64,000 bases of DNA from positions 109,988,001 through 110,052,000 of the forward strand of contig NC_042998.1 of assembly GCF_006345805.1 (NCBI RefSeq). The letters are read 5' to 3'. The DNA comes from Octopus sinensis. Lineage: Eukaryota. The notes below the pieces were generated by a model, which was not told where the DNA came from, did no database searches, and worked only from the letters and a program-made list of their open reading frames with translations. Position numbers and translations under genes: made by a program. Below, piece by piece: positions 51,922-64,000 of the stretch (its first letter is position 1; every line of letters starts with the position of its first letter).

Positions 51922-52077
51922 ACTGATAACTACTATTATCTTTTACTAAACATATTCCTTAATTCCTCGCCTATGAGACTGGTAACTTCTATTATCTTTT
52001 ACTGAGGATATTCCGTAATTCGTTGAAGATCGCACTGTTAACTACTTACATCTTTCATTAAGAATAATCCTTAATTC
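51922..52077. repeat. Diverged 56-bp minisatellite, 3 units
   Basis: actgNtaact.ct...atcttt.a.t.a..ata.tcc.taattc at 51922, 51978 and 52034. Confidence 0.85.
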
Positions 52078-55000
52078 TTCTTCTCTGAAGATATGAAGAT
52101 ATGGAAATCTTTGCTCTTTGAGCTATGCACCATAGTCATAGCTATTCTAGAAACAGATATAAGGGACTTTATGCATTATTTCTAATCCCTTATTTACTCT
52201 AACCTCTCTGCTATTATGAGTGAATTATAAATTACATACTCTAAAGTGATATCACGTTTTGCTTGTTCATTCTTGCTTTCTAATATATAACCTAGTTTGG
52301 ATGTAGTTCAATGAATAAAACAAGTAAAAGATAAAAGAGAAACGAGAAAATATTCAAACACACACGCGCGAGCATGCACACACATACACGCGCAAACATA
52401 CGCATTTATCTCTCCCTGTCACTCCACCACGGTCCCTCTCACACTATTCACGAATATGATATAGCATAAGACGAAGAAGGCATTTAGCATAGCTTTATTA
52501 ATCATTACGATTTGTTTTCTGTACAATTCTGTTTCTGTTCATTTTACATGTAAACGATTCAATGTAAAATATTCCACAATATGTGTGCTTGAATATACCG
52601 GATCGGTATTTCATCAAACTAGCCTCTACATCTTAATTTACTTATGTTCTTGTATGGAAGCGTAGATTGCCAAAGTTCGTGTCAAATGGCATATTAAGAA
52701 TGTAACGACTGTCTACTTACAACTTGACTACTGTTACTCTTTCTCCTTCTCTCTTCCTATCGCTCTCTGTTTCTCTATCTCTCTATCAATCAATCTATCT
52801 ATTTGTCTAACTGTCTTGTTAAAAACCTATCTATCTACATACTTATATATATGTATGTATGAAGAGTGAAAAAATAAGAGAAGCAGTACTCAGCATGTTT
52901 GGTTGCAATTGATGTATGTGATAAGAGTATGACTCAACACTACGTTTCTTTAAGCTCTGTGGGCGTAAGACACACCTACTTCTGCAGATGTTCGGTGAGA
53001 GCGGAGAAAATTTGAAAGAAATTTAAAATGTCTTCTGGGTATTTAGACATCCATTGTTCACTTCAGGTTACATGGTTCTTTCTATGCTATATCAATACAT
53101 GTGTATGCGTGTTCATGTATGTGCATGTGTGAGTGTGTGTGTATTTGAATAATCTGTTCTGAGAACTCGATTATGTTCTAGTGTAATTTCCTAAAGTTAG
53201 TTTTCGAATGTTTCTTTTGCAATTCATTTGGAGCGAAATGCTTCCCAGCGTTTCTTCATTTTCATAGTCACATATTCAGCTACAACACTTCACATTTCGG
53301 CAATTAAGCTTTAGACTTCTAGAAACCTTGATTGTGTAATCAAGAACATCATTGTTACAAGCGGAATGGAAAGTGTTCATGTAAAATCGTGAGAAAAATC
53401 TCAATTGCAAGAATAAAATTAGGGCATAAATATATTTACAAAATATATATACACATTGATTTCGTTGTTGTTGCCGTGCATACCTCGATTTCCGACGACT
53501 TGTACCGCGTACGTACATACAAGAAGGGTTTCTTGCTACAAAAAACTTTCCCACAAAGCCCGTCCAATCATGTCGGCTTGGAGAAATGATTGACATGCCA
53601 TTTTGTTGTTGCTTTTATTGTTGTTGTTGATGATGATGATGATGATGACAATATCGGTGATGAAATTTTGTTTTTGTTGAGAGTGATGATGATGATGATG
53701 ATGATGATATCGGTGATGCTGTCCTTGTATTGGTATTTACCTCCAGACCAACGCGGTTCGAGCAAGCAAGATGTCAAAGAAAATCCAGTTGTTGCTGCCT
53801 AGCTTTTCTGCTTGGCACACTACATCTAGAACTGCATTACCTACTTTTTCTTTGATCGTATTAAGAGTTAATTGTGTGTTTTAATGGATATTTAGTTCAT
53901 ATTTCTGGGTAAGTCATAAAGTCAAACATCCTTGGAAGATAGCTGTGAAATCGATTCAGTACTTGTCAGTAATTAATTTTATCGAAACTCCGATGGACAG
54001 AAGTCGAAGTTCAACTCGGTGGGATCTAAACTAATTGCCACAAAGCTGTGTCCCCATTCTTCTACATATTCAGCCAAACCTGCGTGATCCTACTCATGTA
54101 AACGCTTTATACGATTTAATGATACAAATATACTTCACTAGGTTTATTATTCATACTGTATTTAATTCTAGAATTACATTCTCCCTTCATTACACTAAAT
54201 TCCGTTAAAATATTCAATGGAAAGAATTAGAATAATAATTCAAAGGATGTATTGTTTGGAGTATTTGCGTTATGGATTAAGAAGGTTGTGTCATATGTTA
54301 CCATTCTTCATTCTGTAACTTGTCCTCAGGGCAATGTAAAAGCAAAAAAAACAACTTTAAATTTGAAAATAGAGGCTAAATAAATTTGAACAATTCTAAC
54401 CTATTGTTTCCAAAAGGTAAGACTTGGGAATGAATCGGCATTGCTTTTGAAAGAATTTCAGGATGATTTAGTTAAGATGCTCTCAGTAATCCACCACTTC
54501 ATCTACATAATAAAACATATCCTATTCATATGAATGGGAAATTTATAATATAGCTGTTTAAACATTTCTTTAGGTATAGCGTTTTGCCATATTTGTATTT
54601 AATATGCAATTCATATAATGAAGTTAGGATAACTCTTGTGCAATTCGGAATCGGTTGAAATTAAAGCTGTTCTCACACAACCGCCCCGAGTATTTCCTCA
54701 TGCTTTCCTCCATCACAGCATTATATCACCCCATAACTTACAACGAAAGTAATAACACATTATCTTCTCGGCTCACAAACGAAAGCCATGTGGCCGGAAC
54801 TTTATATTGTTACTGCCTCTTAGCAAATCAGTTCCCTGAACGATTTTACGAACGTTTTTATTGATTAGAACACAACATTTTGTTTTCGATTTCATACAAA
54901 AAACGTATTTTGCGATAAAGGCTATACAATAAATATTTATACCTTATCTGAGGTGTCTAAACTTTAACCGAGCAGCTAATGCAAATTTGCATCCAGCATC

Positions 55001-55637
55001 ATCTCGATCTGCACATTAAATCTATCATCTTACAATTAATAATGCAACTTCCGTTACTGTTTTTTTTTGTTTATTTAGTCTTACGTGAACCCCAATCGAA
55101 GAGACTCATGATAACCAGCAGCACCAGTAGGTGACTAGCACAGCATAATCCAATTTGTACTTACATTTTCAAGAGAATAAGAGTGTAATTAAGTGAACTA
55201 TGGCTGCGATCTTTGATAGGCAGAGCGACCATATACTTGTTCTCATGTTGGGTTTCAAAGATAATTGTATAAAATAAAGGAAGTTATAAATAACTTCCTC
55301 TGACTATTTTTTGCACTGATAAACGTAGTTATCAGTTCCAGTCAATCAAACTCTTCAATCTATCTGTTCCATCGCAAAGTGATGTTAAGCTATATCACCT
55401 TTTGTCACCTTACACTACCCATAAACGCATGGAGGTCATATTTGCCATATTTATATTTTGATTTGTGTCTTATCAATTAACGCTAAGTTCGCCTGTATTT
55501 CATCTTCACATAATCGATAAAATACGAAACAATCAAGTACTAAGGTTGATTTAATCTATGCCTTGTCTAGGTAACAATTCATCATCATCATCATCATCAT
55601 CGTCATCGTCATCGTTGTGGCCACCGAGGTTGTTATA

Positions 55638-55671
<34 letters not shown>

Positions 55672-56086
55672 TATTATTATTATTGATTTCTAATAATGGA
55701 ACAAGATGAGACGTTTTTCGAGGTGGGTGTTGTAGTCGATTAAATCGACCCGGTACATGAGTTTATTTCATGGACACCTAAAAGAATAAAATATCTTTAT
55801 TATTACACACATACGCACACATACACACACATACACACGCATACACATGCACATAAACATACGCACACACACGCGTGCACACACGTACATATACACACAA
55901 ACACACACACACACACGTACTAACACACATACGCACACTCACACGTATACACATATACACACATTCACAAACACTGGCACACAGAGAAACACACGCACAT
56001 ACACACACACATTCACACACTCACGCATACACATGAACACACAGACAGACAGACACACACACTCACACAAACACACACATACATTA

Positions 56087-56299
56087 AAGCGACGGGTTGG
56101 CAGAACCAATAGCGTAATGGACAAAAAATGCTTAATGTCATTTCTTTCATTTTTATGTTCTGAGTCCAAATTTCGCCGAGATCAACTTGGCCTTTTATCC
56201 TTTTGAGGTCGATAACGTAAGTACCAATCGAGCCCCGAGGACAATGTAGTCGACTTACTCCTGCACAAAATTGCTGGCTCTGTATCAAAATTTGAAACC
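56087..56299 (+). mobile_element. tRNA-derived SINE, type A
   Basis: ttggcagaaccaatagc...gttctgagtccaaatttcgccgagatcaacttggccttttatccttttgaggtcgataa. Confidence 0.85.
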
Positions 56300-56411
56300 T
56301 ATATATGTATATATATATAATAATAAAGGGTAAAATTAATTAATTATTAATTAATAATTGTACCAAGTAGTTTGGTATGTTAAAAGAACCATTACCGGTA
56401 AACGTAAACCA

Positions 56412-56652
56412 AACATTTTTATAATTATGAGTATAATTATAATTAGGGTTCAGCAAAAAAATTGCTTTACCACATACCGAAATTTAGAAATAGCAGTTAA
56501 AATTAGCTATTTCTCTACCATAAGAAAATGGGAGATTTCCTTAAGGTAGAGAAATAGCTAGTTTTAACAGCTATTTCGAAATTTCTGTATGTGGTGAAGC
56601 CATTTTTTTGCTGAACCCTAATCATAATTATACTCATAATCGTAAAAATGTT
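56412..56652. repeat. Fold-back: two 108-bp arms (about 90% identical) with a 25-nt spacer
   Basis: Arm 56412-56519 against the reverse complement of 56545-56652: about 9 mismatches and no gaps, by manual alignment. Confidence 0.95.
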
Positions 56653-57025
56653 GGTGTATATATATATATATATTTATATATATATACCAAAATATACCAA
56701 AAGGATGACTCCCTTTGCAAATACCGATAGGGCACCAGAAAATGTGTCAATAGCCAGCTGGAGATGTTCTCCTGGGGCTACAAGCTACAGTAACATCTAC
56801 CCTTAGTGGTTAGCAATATTTAGATGGCAAATATACTTCACATTGTCGTGCGGTTACCGTCTATACCTCGTTAAGAGATTTATTATTACTTATATATATA
56901 TATTGGCCTTCTCGCTTAGCCAGCGGGGGTGTGGCGTCATTCGAAGGCTAAAGCAATGCGAACGCATGGTGACCAGCGATGTGTAGCAACATCTGATGGT
57001 TTGGTCGGTCACGTGATATATATAT

Positions 57026-57084
<59 letters not shown>

Positions 57085-57296
57085 ATTAATATATATGTTA
57101 CATTATTTTGAGATGATTGATCATCTGACAATGCAGTTTGTTCATATGTGAGATTTAAAAATTTGACGCTGTGATGTTACACAAGGTGTTTTCGTACAAC
57201 CACTATTTTGATTTAGCAGCACAGGGGCTGCCTCTCACTCGTTATGTTGCACAATCCGGTGGCGTTGAATTACTGAATTGTTACCAAGTTGATATT

Positions 57297-57513
57297 CTTT
57301 TATTCTTTATTTGTTTCAGTCATTTGATCGCGGCCATGCTGGTGTACCACCTTTTGTCGAACAAATCGACGCCAGGACCTATACTTTGTAAGCCTAGTAC
57401 TTATTCTATCAGCCTCTATGCCGAACCGCTAAGTAACGGGGACATCGGTTGTCAAGCGATGATGGGAGACAAACAGATACACGAACATTTACACACATAC
57501 ATACACACATACA

Positions 57514-57550
<37 letters not shown>

Positions 57551-57710
57551 CATGCTTCTTTCAGTTTCTGTCTACCAAATCCATTCACAAGCCTTTGGTC
57601 GGCCCGAGGCTATAGTAGAAGGCACTGCCCAAGGTGCCACGCAGTGGGATTGAACCCGGAACCATGTGGTTGGTAAGTAAGCTACTTACCACACAGTCAC
57701 TCTTCCGCCT
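57297..57710 (-). mobile_element. Full-length type B (CORE-like) SINE
   Basis: Reverse complement gagtgactgtgtggtaagtagcttacttaccaaccacatggttccgggttcaatcccactgcgtggcaccttgggcagtgcc...ccagcatggccgcgatcaaatgactgaaacaaat. Confidence 0.93.
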
Positions 57711-57809
57711 ATATATATCAAGATTTATATCAATATTTTGGTAAAAATATTGTTTTAAAACCTGAAACAACATTTGTATCGAGTAATTATAAAATATATG
57801 TCCTCGAAA

Positions 57810-57990
57810 TATCCGTTTCAAATTTTGGCACAAGGCCAGTAATTTCGGAGCAGGGATTTAGTTGATTACATCGACAAGTACTTATTTTATCAATAACGTG
57901 AAAGGGAAGCCGACCTCGGTGGTATTTGAGCTCAGAACGTAAAGATGGACGAAATTCCACTAAACATTTTGCCCTGTATGCCATCGATTC
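57810..57990 (-). mobile_element. tRNA-derived SINE, type A
   Basis: caaattttggcacaaggccag...gccgacctcggtggtatttgagctcagaacgtaaag. Confidence 0.82.
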
Positions 57991-58095
57991 TTCTGGTTGA
58001 CTGCCTTATTAAGAACATCAGCGAACAACAACAACAACAACAACGACAACAAAAATAATGATAGTAATAACAACAACAACAACAATAAAAAGAAG

Positions 58096-58785
58096 AAACC
58101 CGAAGGCATCATTGAAAATGATAATGCAAAGATCCTAGAGTAGAAAAAAAAAAGATCCTAAACCTGAAAGCATCATTGAAAGTGATAACGCAATGAACCA
58201 AAACCTGAAGGCATCATCAAAAATGATAATGCAAAGATCCTAAACCTGAAGGCATCATCAAAAATGATAATGTAAAGATCCTGGTACGAACATAAGCCCG
58301 AAGGCATCATCGAAAATAATGCAAATATCCTATGGGATTTTATGATCCAGTGCGATCATGAGATAGAGAATAGGGGACCAGACATAGTATTAATTGAGAA
58401 AGAAAGCAAACGATGCTGGATCATACATTATAACATGCCCAGCTGACTACAGGGTATGCGATAAGGAAGAAATAAAAGTCGATTGATATAACAGGCTAGC
58501 TTGGGAGGTTAAGCAGTTTTGGTCTATGATAAAGGTGGTAGTATTACCAATAATTGTTGGAGTCTTGGGAACAGTGAGTAAAAATCTTGAGAAGCACATG
58601 GAATAAATAGGGGCTGCAATAAGGGTAGAGCACTTGAAAAACACAGTACTGCTTGGAACCGCTTGAATACTCCGGATGGTGCTCGAAAATTAAGGGGTGT
58701 TACCTTAGTTCACTGGCAGTGAACAGCTGACACCGTATTACATCTCCAGTGTTAGAAGCTGTGCAAAGACAGTAGATGATAATAA
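58096..58785 (+). mobile_element. 5'-truncated R4/Dong-like LINE 3' end with a tandemly amplified 5' segment
   Basis: WYEHKPEGIIEN.NA.ILWDFMIQCDHEIENRGPDIVLIEKESKRCWII...LPIIVGVLGTV; ends in (TAA)n. Confidence 0.88.
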
Positions 58786-58794
58786 TAATGATAG

Positions 58795-59551
58795 CCTAGT
58801 CATCGCGGCCCAAGACTAGGCTTTGAATACCAACTCAGGGAAAAAGAATATATATCACTCAAATGCATCGGACCTCTGCAGAATGTGTGGGAAGAGGGTT
58901 GAAAGTGTGACTCACATTGTTATTGCTTGTGAAAATCTTGCGCAAAAAGAATACAAACGTAGACATGACAAAGTAGCCCAAAACCTCCACTGTCTACTAT
59001 GCCGCAAGTATGGATATGAGGTTACGGGTGCTTGGTACCAACATGCACGGGAAAAGGTAATGGCCGAAAAAGAGAAGCCGAAAATCCTCCGGGACTTGGA
59101 TTTCCAAACAAAGTGTTAGAGCCCCGAAGGCCGTATAGAGCAACCTTTAGGAGGGACAAACAAGAGTACCTAATAATCGACGTAACAGTCTCAGATCAAC
59201 ATATCGTCAAGAAAGGAAGAGAAAAAGCTTCATAAATATGGAGACCTGAAAATTGAGATCACTAAGGTGTGGCAACTACGAGAGTAGAACATTAACGTTA
59301 TCCCTATTGTCATCGGAACATTGAGTTCAATACCAGCGAATCTGAAAAAAAAATCTGAAAACCTTAGAGATACCCTACAATCTAGATGTATTGCAAAATT
59401 CGGCATTACTTGGAACTGCACGCATATTGCGTAAAGTACTGTCTGTCTGAGGTTCTTGTTGTGACTTGACAAACAGTACAACCCCTCCTCCCCGTAGATA
59501 CAATATCTTCAATCAACAACCTCACGATATTGTAAACTGTGCGACGCCTAC

Positions 59552-59552
<1 letters not shown>
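58795..59552 (+). mobile_element. 5'-truncated R4/Dong-like LINE 3' end (another subfamily)
   Basis: CRMCGKRVESVTHIVIACENLAQKEYKRRHDKVA; YLIIDVTV; KYGDLKIEI; VIPIVIGTL; followed by (AAT)n. Confidence 0.9.
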
Positions 59553-59617
<65 letters not shown>

Positions 59618-59618
<1 letters not shown>

Positions 59619-60166
59619 GCCCTGATGCAGTACCAGACAGTGGCTCTCATGGCCTTCTGATCTTAACTGATTGGAAGTGTTATCATGTATATTGTTTTGT
59701 CTTAGTGTAAAAGATGGGCTACAGTAAATATTCTGCTCAATACCAGAGATTTGCTTGTCAGTTGTTTGACCTTAACCGTTTGAGCATGTCCCTTAGTGAC
59801 TGATGATATGTGCATCTCTGATCACGAGCAGAAGTAGTGGGGGAGCATCATAACCGTGTGTTGAAAGGAATTCTTGGAGGTTTGGATAATTCACCTTTGG
59901 AAACATGGCTACTTTGTTCAACATCCTTAAGCAATCCTTATTCAGGGACCTTTTGAGCGGAATGGGTTACTCGACCAGAAGAACATTCTAACTGGGCTTC
60001 ACCTGCAAGGTCATGCGCTGTTTATCTTGATATGAGATCATATGTTGTGCACTTATGGTTGTGATGCATGTGCGTAGTGTACCCTTATCAGACGGGTAGT
60101 CTTGATTGGTATACTGGGCTTCGTATATTTTACTCCAGTGTCACTTTGATGGCATGCACTGTTCTC

Positions 60167-60170
<4 letters not shown>
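59618..60170 (+). mobile_element. Non-coding, roughly 550-bp (TAA)n-inserted repeat, complete copy
   Basis: tgccctgatgcagtaccag...gtcactttgatggcatgcactgttctctca; flanked by (AAT)n. Confidence 0.88.
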
Positions 60171-60242
<72 letters not shown>

Positions 60243-60261
60243 TAATAATAATAATTGTTAT

Positions 60262-60778
60262 TGAGTGAGAGAGTAGTGCCTGCCATCAAAATATCACTGG
60301 GTTATAAGTATAGAAATCCCAACATACCCACCATGACCATCCATCTCATAAAAGTATATCAGGCACATGCATCACAACCATATGTGCGTGGCATGGTGAT
60401 CTCATGTCGTGATAAACAGCGCATGACTTTGCAGGTGGGACCCAGTTAGTATTTTCCACAGGTCATGGAGCCCCGCCCCCGCTCAAAGTTGTTTAATGTT
60501 GTTGAACGAAACACCCATGTTTCGAAAGGTGAAATACTCAAAGCCGAAAGAGTTCCTATCAACATATGGTTGTAATACTCACTCACTACTTCTCGTAATC
60601 AGAGATGCGCATATCATCAGCTGCCAAGGGACAAACTCAGCCGTTTTTTTGTGGTATTGAGCAAAATATTTGACGTAGCCCAACTTTTACACCAAATCAA
60701 AACATGTACATGTTATCACTTCCAATCAGTCAAGGTTAAAAGCCATGGGAGCCAGTGCCTGGTATTGCATTCGGGTAC
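60262..60778 (-). mobile_element. Inverted copy of the same roughly 550-bp repeat
   Basis: tgagtgagagagtagtgcctgccatcaaa...cacttccaatcagtcaagg...tggtattgcattcgggtaca is the reverse complement of the 59618 copy. Confidence 0.85.
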
Positions 60779-60878
60779 ATTATTATTATTATTATTGTTA
60801 TCATTATTTTTATCATTATTGTTATCATTATTATCATTATTATTATTATCATTATTATTATTATTTTTATTATTATTA

Positions 60879-60950
<72 letters not shown>

Positions 60951-63204
60951 CAGCAGCAGCAGTAGTAGTAATAGCAGGAAGAGAAGGAGCAGAGATAGAA
61001 TTTATAGTGATTTCCGCAAGAAGTCCCTCGGAAATGCCTAACCCAAATCCCGCGTCCACCCTTCCTCCTCAGTCATCTCCCCCGCCATTACCACCGACGC
61101 CACCATCATCCTTCTCCTTCTCCTCATTATCATCATCATCATCATTACGATGCATCGTGGTCATTGTGATTGTGATGCGAAAATAATTAAAACTATTGAA
61201 ACGAATCAAAGTACTTTCTCGAATTACTTTATCTAAACCTCGGTAAATTTTAAGAAGCTACATTTATTATTCCGCTACAAATATATCCGATATCTACTTA
61301 CTAAATTAGGACTAACGCGTTTTAGAAAGCTCCTTAATTCATGTAAACGACAGATAAATGTAAATGATGATTATTCTCTTTCTAGTATTCAACCCTGCGT
61401 AGATAAGCAATATAATCGTATCAGGAAATTCTTTCCCTGAGGAAGTCCAGGTTTGTGATGGTAAACGACGCCCATCTTTTTCTAAAATGATTCTTCTAAA
61501 GAATTCCTTTCTTTGATGCCAAATCTGACAGGAAAATATTTCGATTATTGAAATTATGCTATTTCACATGAAGATTGATTTCTTTCCACGCGCTTGTTCA
61601 CTTCCTCACACCTCCTGCTTTTTCCTTTCCTGATATATCTTGACGACGGTACATCACGAAATTTAATCGATTTCACAGATATCAAATATTACACTGTTCT
61701 GCTATTGTTGTGTTCGACAAAACAACTATTGTAGATTGAAATGAGGTATATTCGGAGTATGGAGAATTTGCAATGTTTTTACACACGTCCTATTAACTGG
61801 TGACATATACTTGATATCACATACACTAACGGTTTCCTGTTTGATATTTAAATTATCAAGTTCAATTACCAAATTCAGTAGTTTTCTCAAGTAAGATACG
61901 AGAGAAAACTATCGGTTTCTTTCTACGCTTATTCCACAAACTTCAAAGTGGTTCACAGAATCTCAAGAAATTCTACTTTGAATATATATTATATTTCGGC
62001 ATTTGTCATAACTTCAAACAAGAAAGAACTGAAAGCAATGTGAACCTTTGCCTGATCATTTCGCATATTTTCCTGTTATACAGAAAACAGATTGTTTTTA
62101 TGATGTACATTTCATAAAAATTATTCCAAATGCATTTGGGTAGTCACATATAAAATACAACTTCAAGACATACACATGCACACGTAAGCTCAAACAAAAA
62201 AACATGTATGCGTGCACACACACTCACACACAAACACAAACACACCCATACACATACACACATATACATATACAACGTATAATTTTTGCATAATCATAGT
62301 ATTACATTATTTTACTATAGATAGACGAGAAGTTAGATCAATGGCCCAGGGTACTAGAGAAACGTTTCCAAGTACTTGTCAATCAGAATCAATTTGACAA
62401 GTGCTATGATACGAAACTCTGCGTCTTTCACACACTTGTAGTTTCTCGTCTATGAAGAAATATTATAACCACAGAGTTTCATTGTTGAATTACCATTTTT
62501 TCTAGAATTTACCCGTATGTATACACACACAATCGCGCACACACACACAAACACTTACACACGAACACTTACACATATATATTCATATATGCAAATATAC
62601 AAACAAGGAAACGTACGCACATGCTCACATATTTATAAGTGTAAGTATATGAAGAAAAGGTAAAAAAAAAAAAAAGAAAATCTAATCGATTTTTCTTATT
62701 TATATTATGTACACGTGTTTTAGAAAGTTGCCCACCGTAGACGACATGACTCCAAAAGCCCTGTCACAGCGGATTTCTGAATCAAATACGTTTCATAAAT
62801 TATAAATATCGATTACATTTTCATGTTTCTTTGCCTCACGGTGCGTCGATTCCGTTTACTTTCGATGCGCAGACTCTTTCAAGTCATGAAGATTGTCGCC
62901 AAACCACATCAAACATACGAGTGGTGTGCAGATCTTAATTTTGGCAATAAGCTGCACATTTAGGTGCACACTTTCAGATTTTGCACAAACACGCACACAC
63001 ACACACACACACACACATACACACGCACACACACACTCGTATACATATCTATGGAGGACTCTTCCGTCGAAGACGACATAGGAGTGTTCAGTTTTAGCAG
63101 AATGACCTGCAAAACCGATTTGCTTATAGTTATCAAATGTGCACTCCCTCCATCAAAGTGACGTTGCACGTACAGGTGCACAGTATACCTCGCCTCAGGT
63201 GTCG

Positions 63205-63330
63205 AACTGATCACAAAGCAACTTGAGATAAAGTAGTTTGCACAAGAACACTACGCACATCCCAGAATAGGAATTGAAACCACGAACTCGCGATACTGAG
63301 TGCAACATCCTAATCACTAGGCAATGTGTC
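63205..63330 (-). mobile_element. Degenerate type C SINE
   Basis: ggaattgaaaccacgaactcgcgat...aatcactaggc is the reversed head of the 63887 copy. Confidence 0.7.
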
Positions 63331-63572
63331 CGCACTATATATATTATAGGATAAATGTGTTTCCTTGTAGTTTAAGTAATAATGTTATTGTTTAAATCTT
63401 CCTCGAATTAAAATTGAATGAATGTGGTGACATCTGTTATTTCAGTGTTGTTGACACCGCCGGATTGAATGGTATTGTCCACTGTAATATCAGCTGATGG
63501 TGGAGGTATGTTGTATTATTGGTGGTATGGCTGTTACTGTATGTACCGATTAGTTTTATAACATCCATTTGA

Positions 63573-63628
<56 letters not shown>

Positions 63629-63843
63629 TCAATAAATGGTGGGGTTGTGTTGACCGCACGTGGAGAAATGATAAGGAAAAATTTTTAAAAAAATGCAGAA
63701 TGCTCAAATGAAAGAAAATTTTAATAAAATGAGAAATTGATTAAATAAATAAATATATATTTATTCAACCGGTTTTCGCCATTGTATGACTTGTCAAGAA
63801 TATTTATGTTTAAAAAGTTTTTTTTAAAAAAATTTTTCCTTAC

Positions 63844-63886
<43 letters not shown>

Positions 63887-63887
<1 letters not shown>

Positions 63888-64000
63888 GAGGCACAATAGC
63901 CTAGTGGTTAGGGCAGCGGACTCACGGTCGTAGGATCGCGGTTTCGATTCCCAGACCGGGCGTTGTGTGTGTTTATTGAGCGAAAATCCATAAAAGCTCC
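63887..64000 (+). mobile_element. Type C tRNA-derived SINE head, running off the window end
   Basis: A box tagcctagtgg and B box ggtttcgattcc, followed by non-tRNA body tgtgtttattgagcgaaa. Confidence 0.85.

Noticed and set aside
58096-58331. 41-bp repeats with short variable gaps as a CRISPR array
   Set aside because: The repeat is a piece of LINE coding sequence and two units abut directly
63887-63960. tRNA gene
   Set aside because: A and B boxes are present, but there is no closing acceptor stem and it runs into a SINE body shared with 36005 and 63205

Overview
AT-rich, microsatellite-saturated eukaryotic DNA, almost certainly non-coding (intronic or intergenic). The SINE families and repeat density point to a coleoid cephalopod, probably Octopus; this is inferred from pattern recognition, not from a search. 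I could not confidently identify any host gene, only a few short candidate exons. The window is a stack of decayed retroelements: (i) many tRNA-derived SINEs of three types; (ii) CR1/L2-group LINE fragments; (iii) several R4/Dong-like LINE fragments (RT, CCHC finger, restriction-like endonuclease) sitting in (TAA)n tracts; (iv) L1/Tx1-like elements; (v) a Penelope-like element with a GIY-YIG endonuclease remnant; (vi) a Tc1/mariner-type MITE. Most interesting: a 2.19-kb ORF1-only L1/Tx1-like element inserted into a SINE head with an 11-bp TSD, whose 3' UTR carries an exact 10-nt complement of its own target site. Also five minimal hammerhead-ribozyme motifs from four sequence families in (TA)n-embedded elements, four with non-canonical cores. 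Further findings are a LINE/SINE pair sharing a 3' tail, a SINE-derived tandem array, and several long fold-back or inverted structures. No CRISPR array, rRNA or genuine tRNA gene was found.
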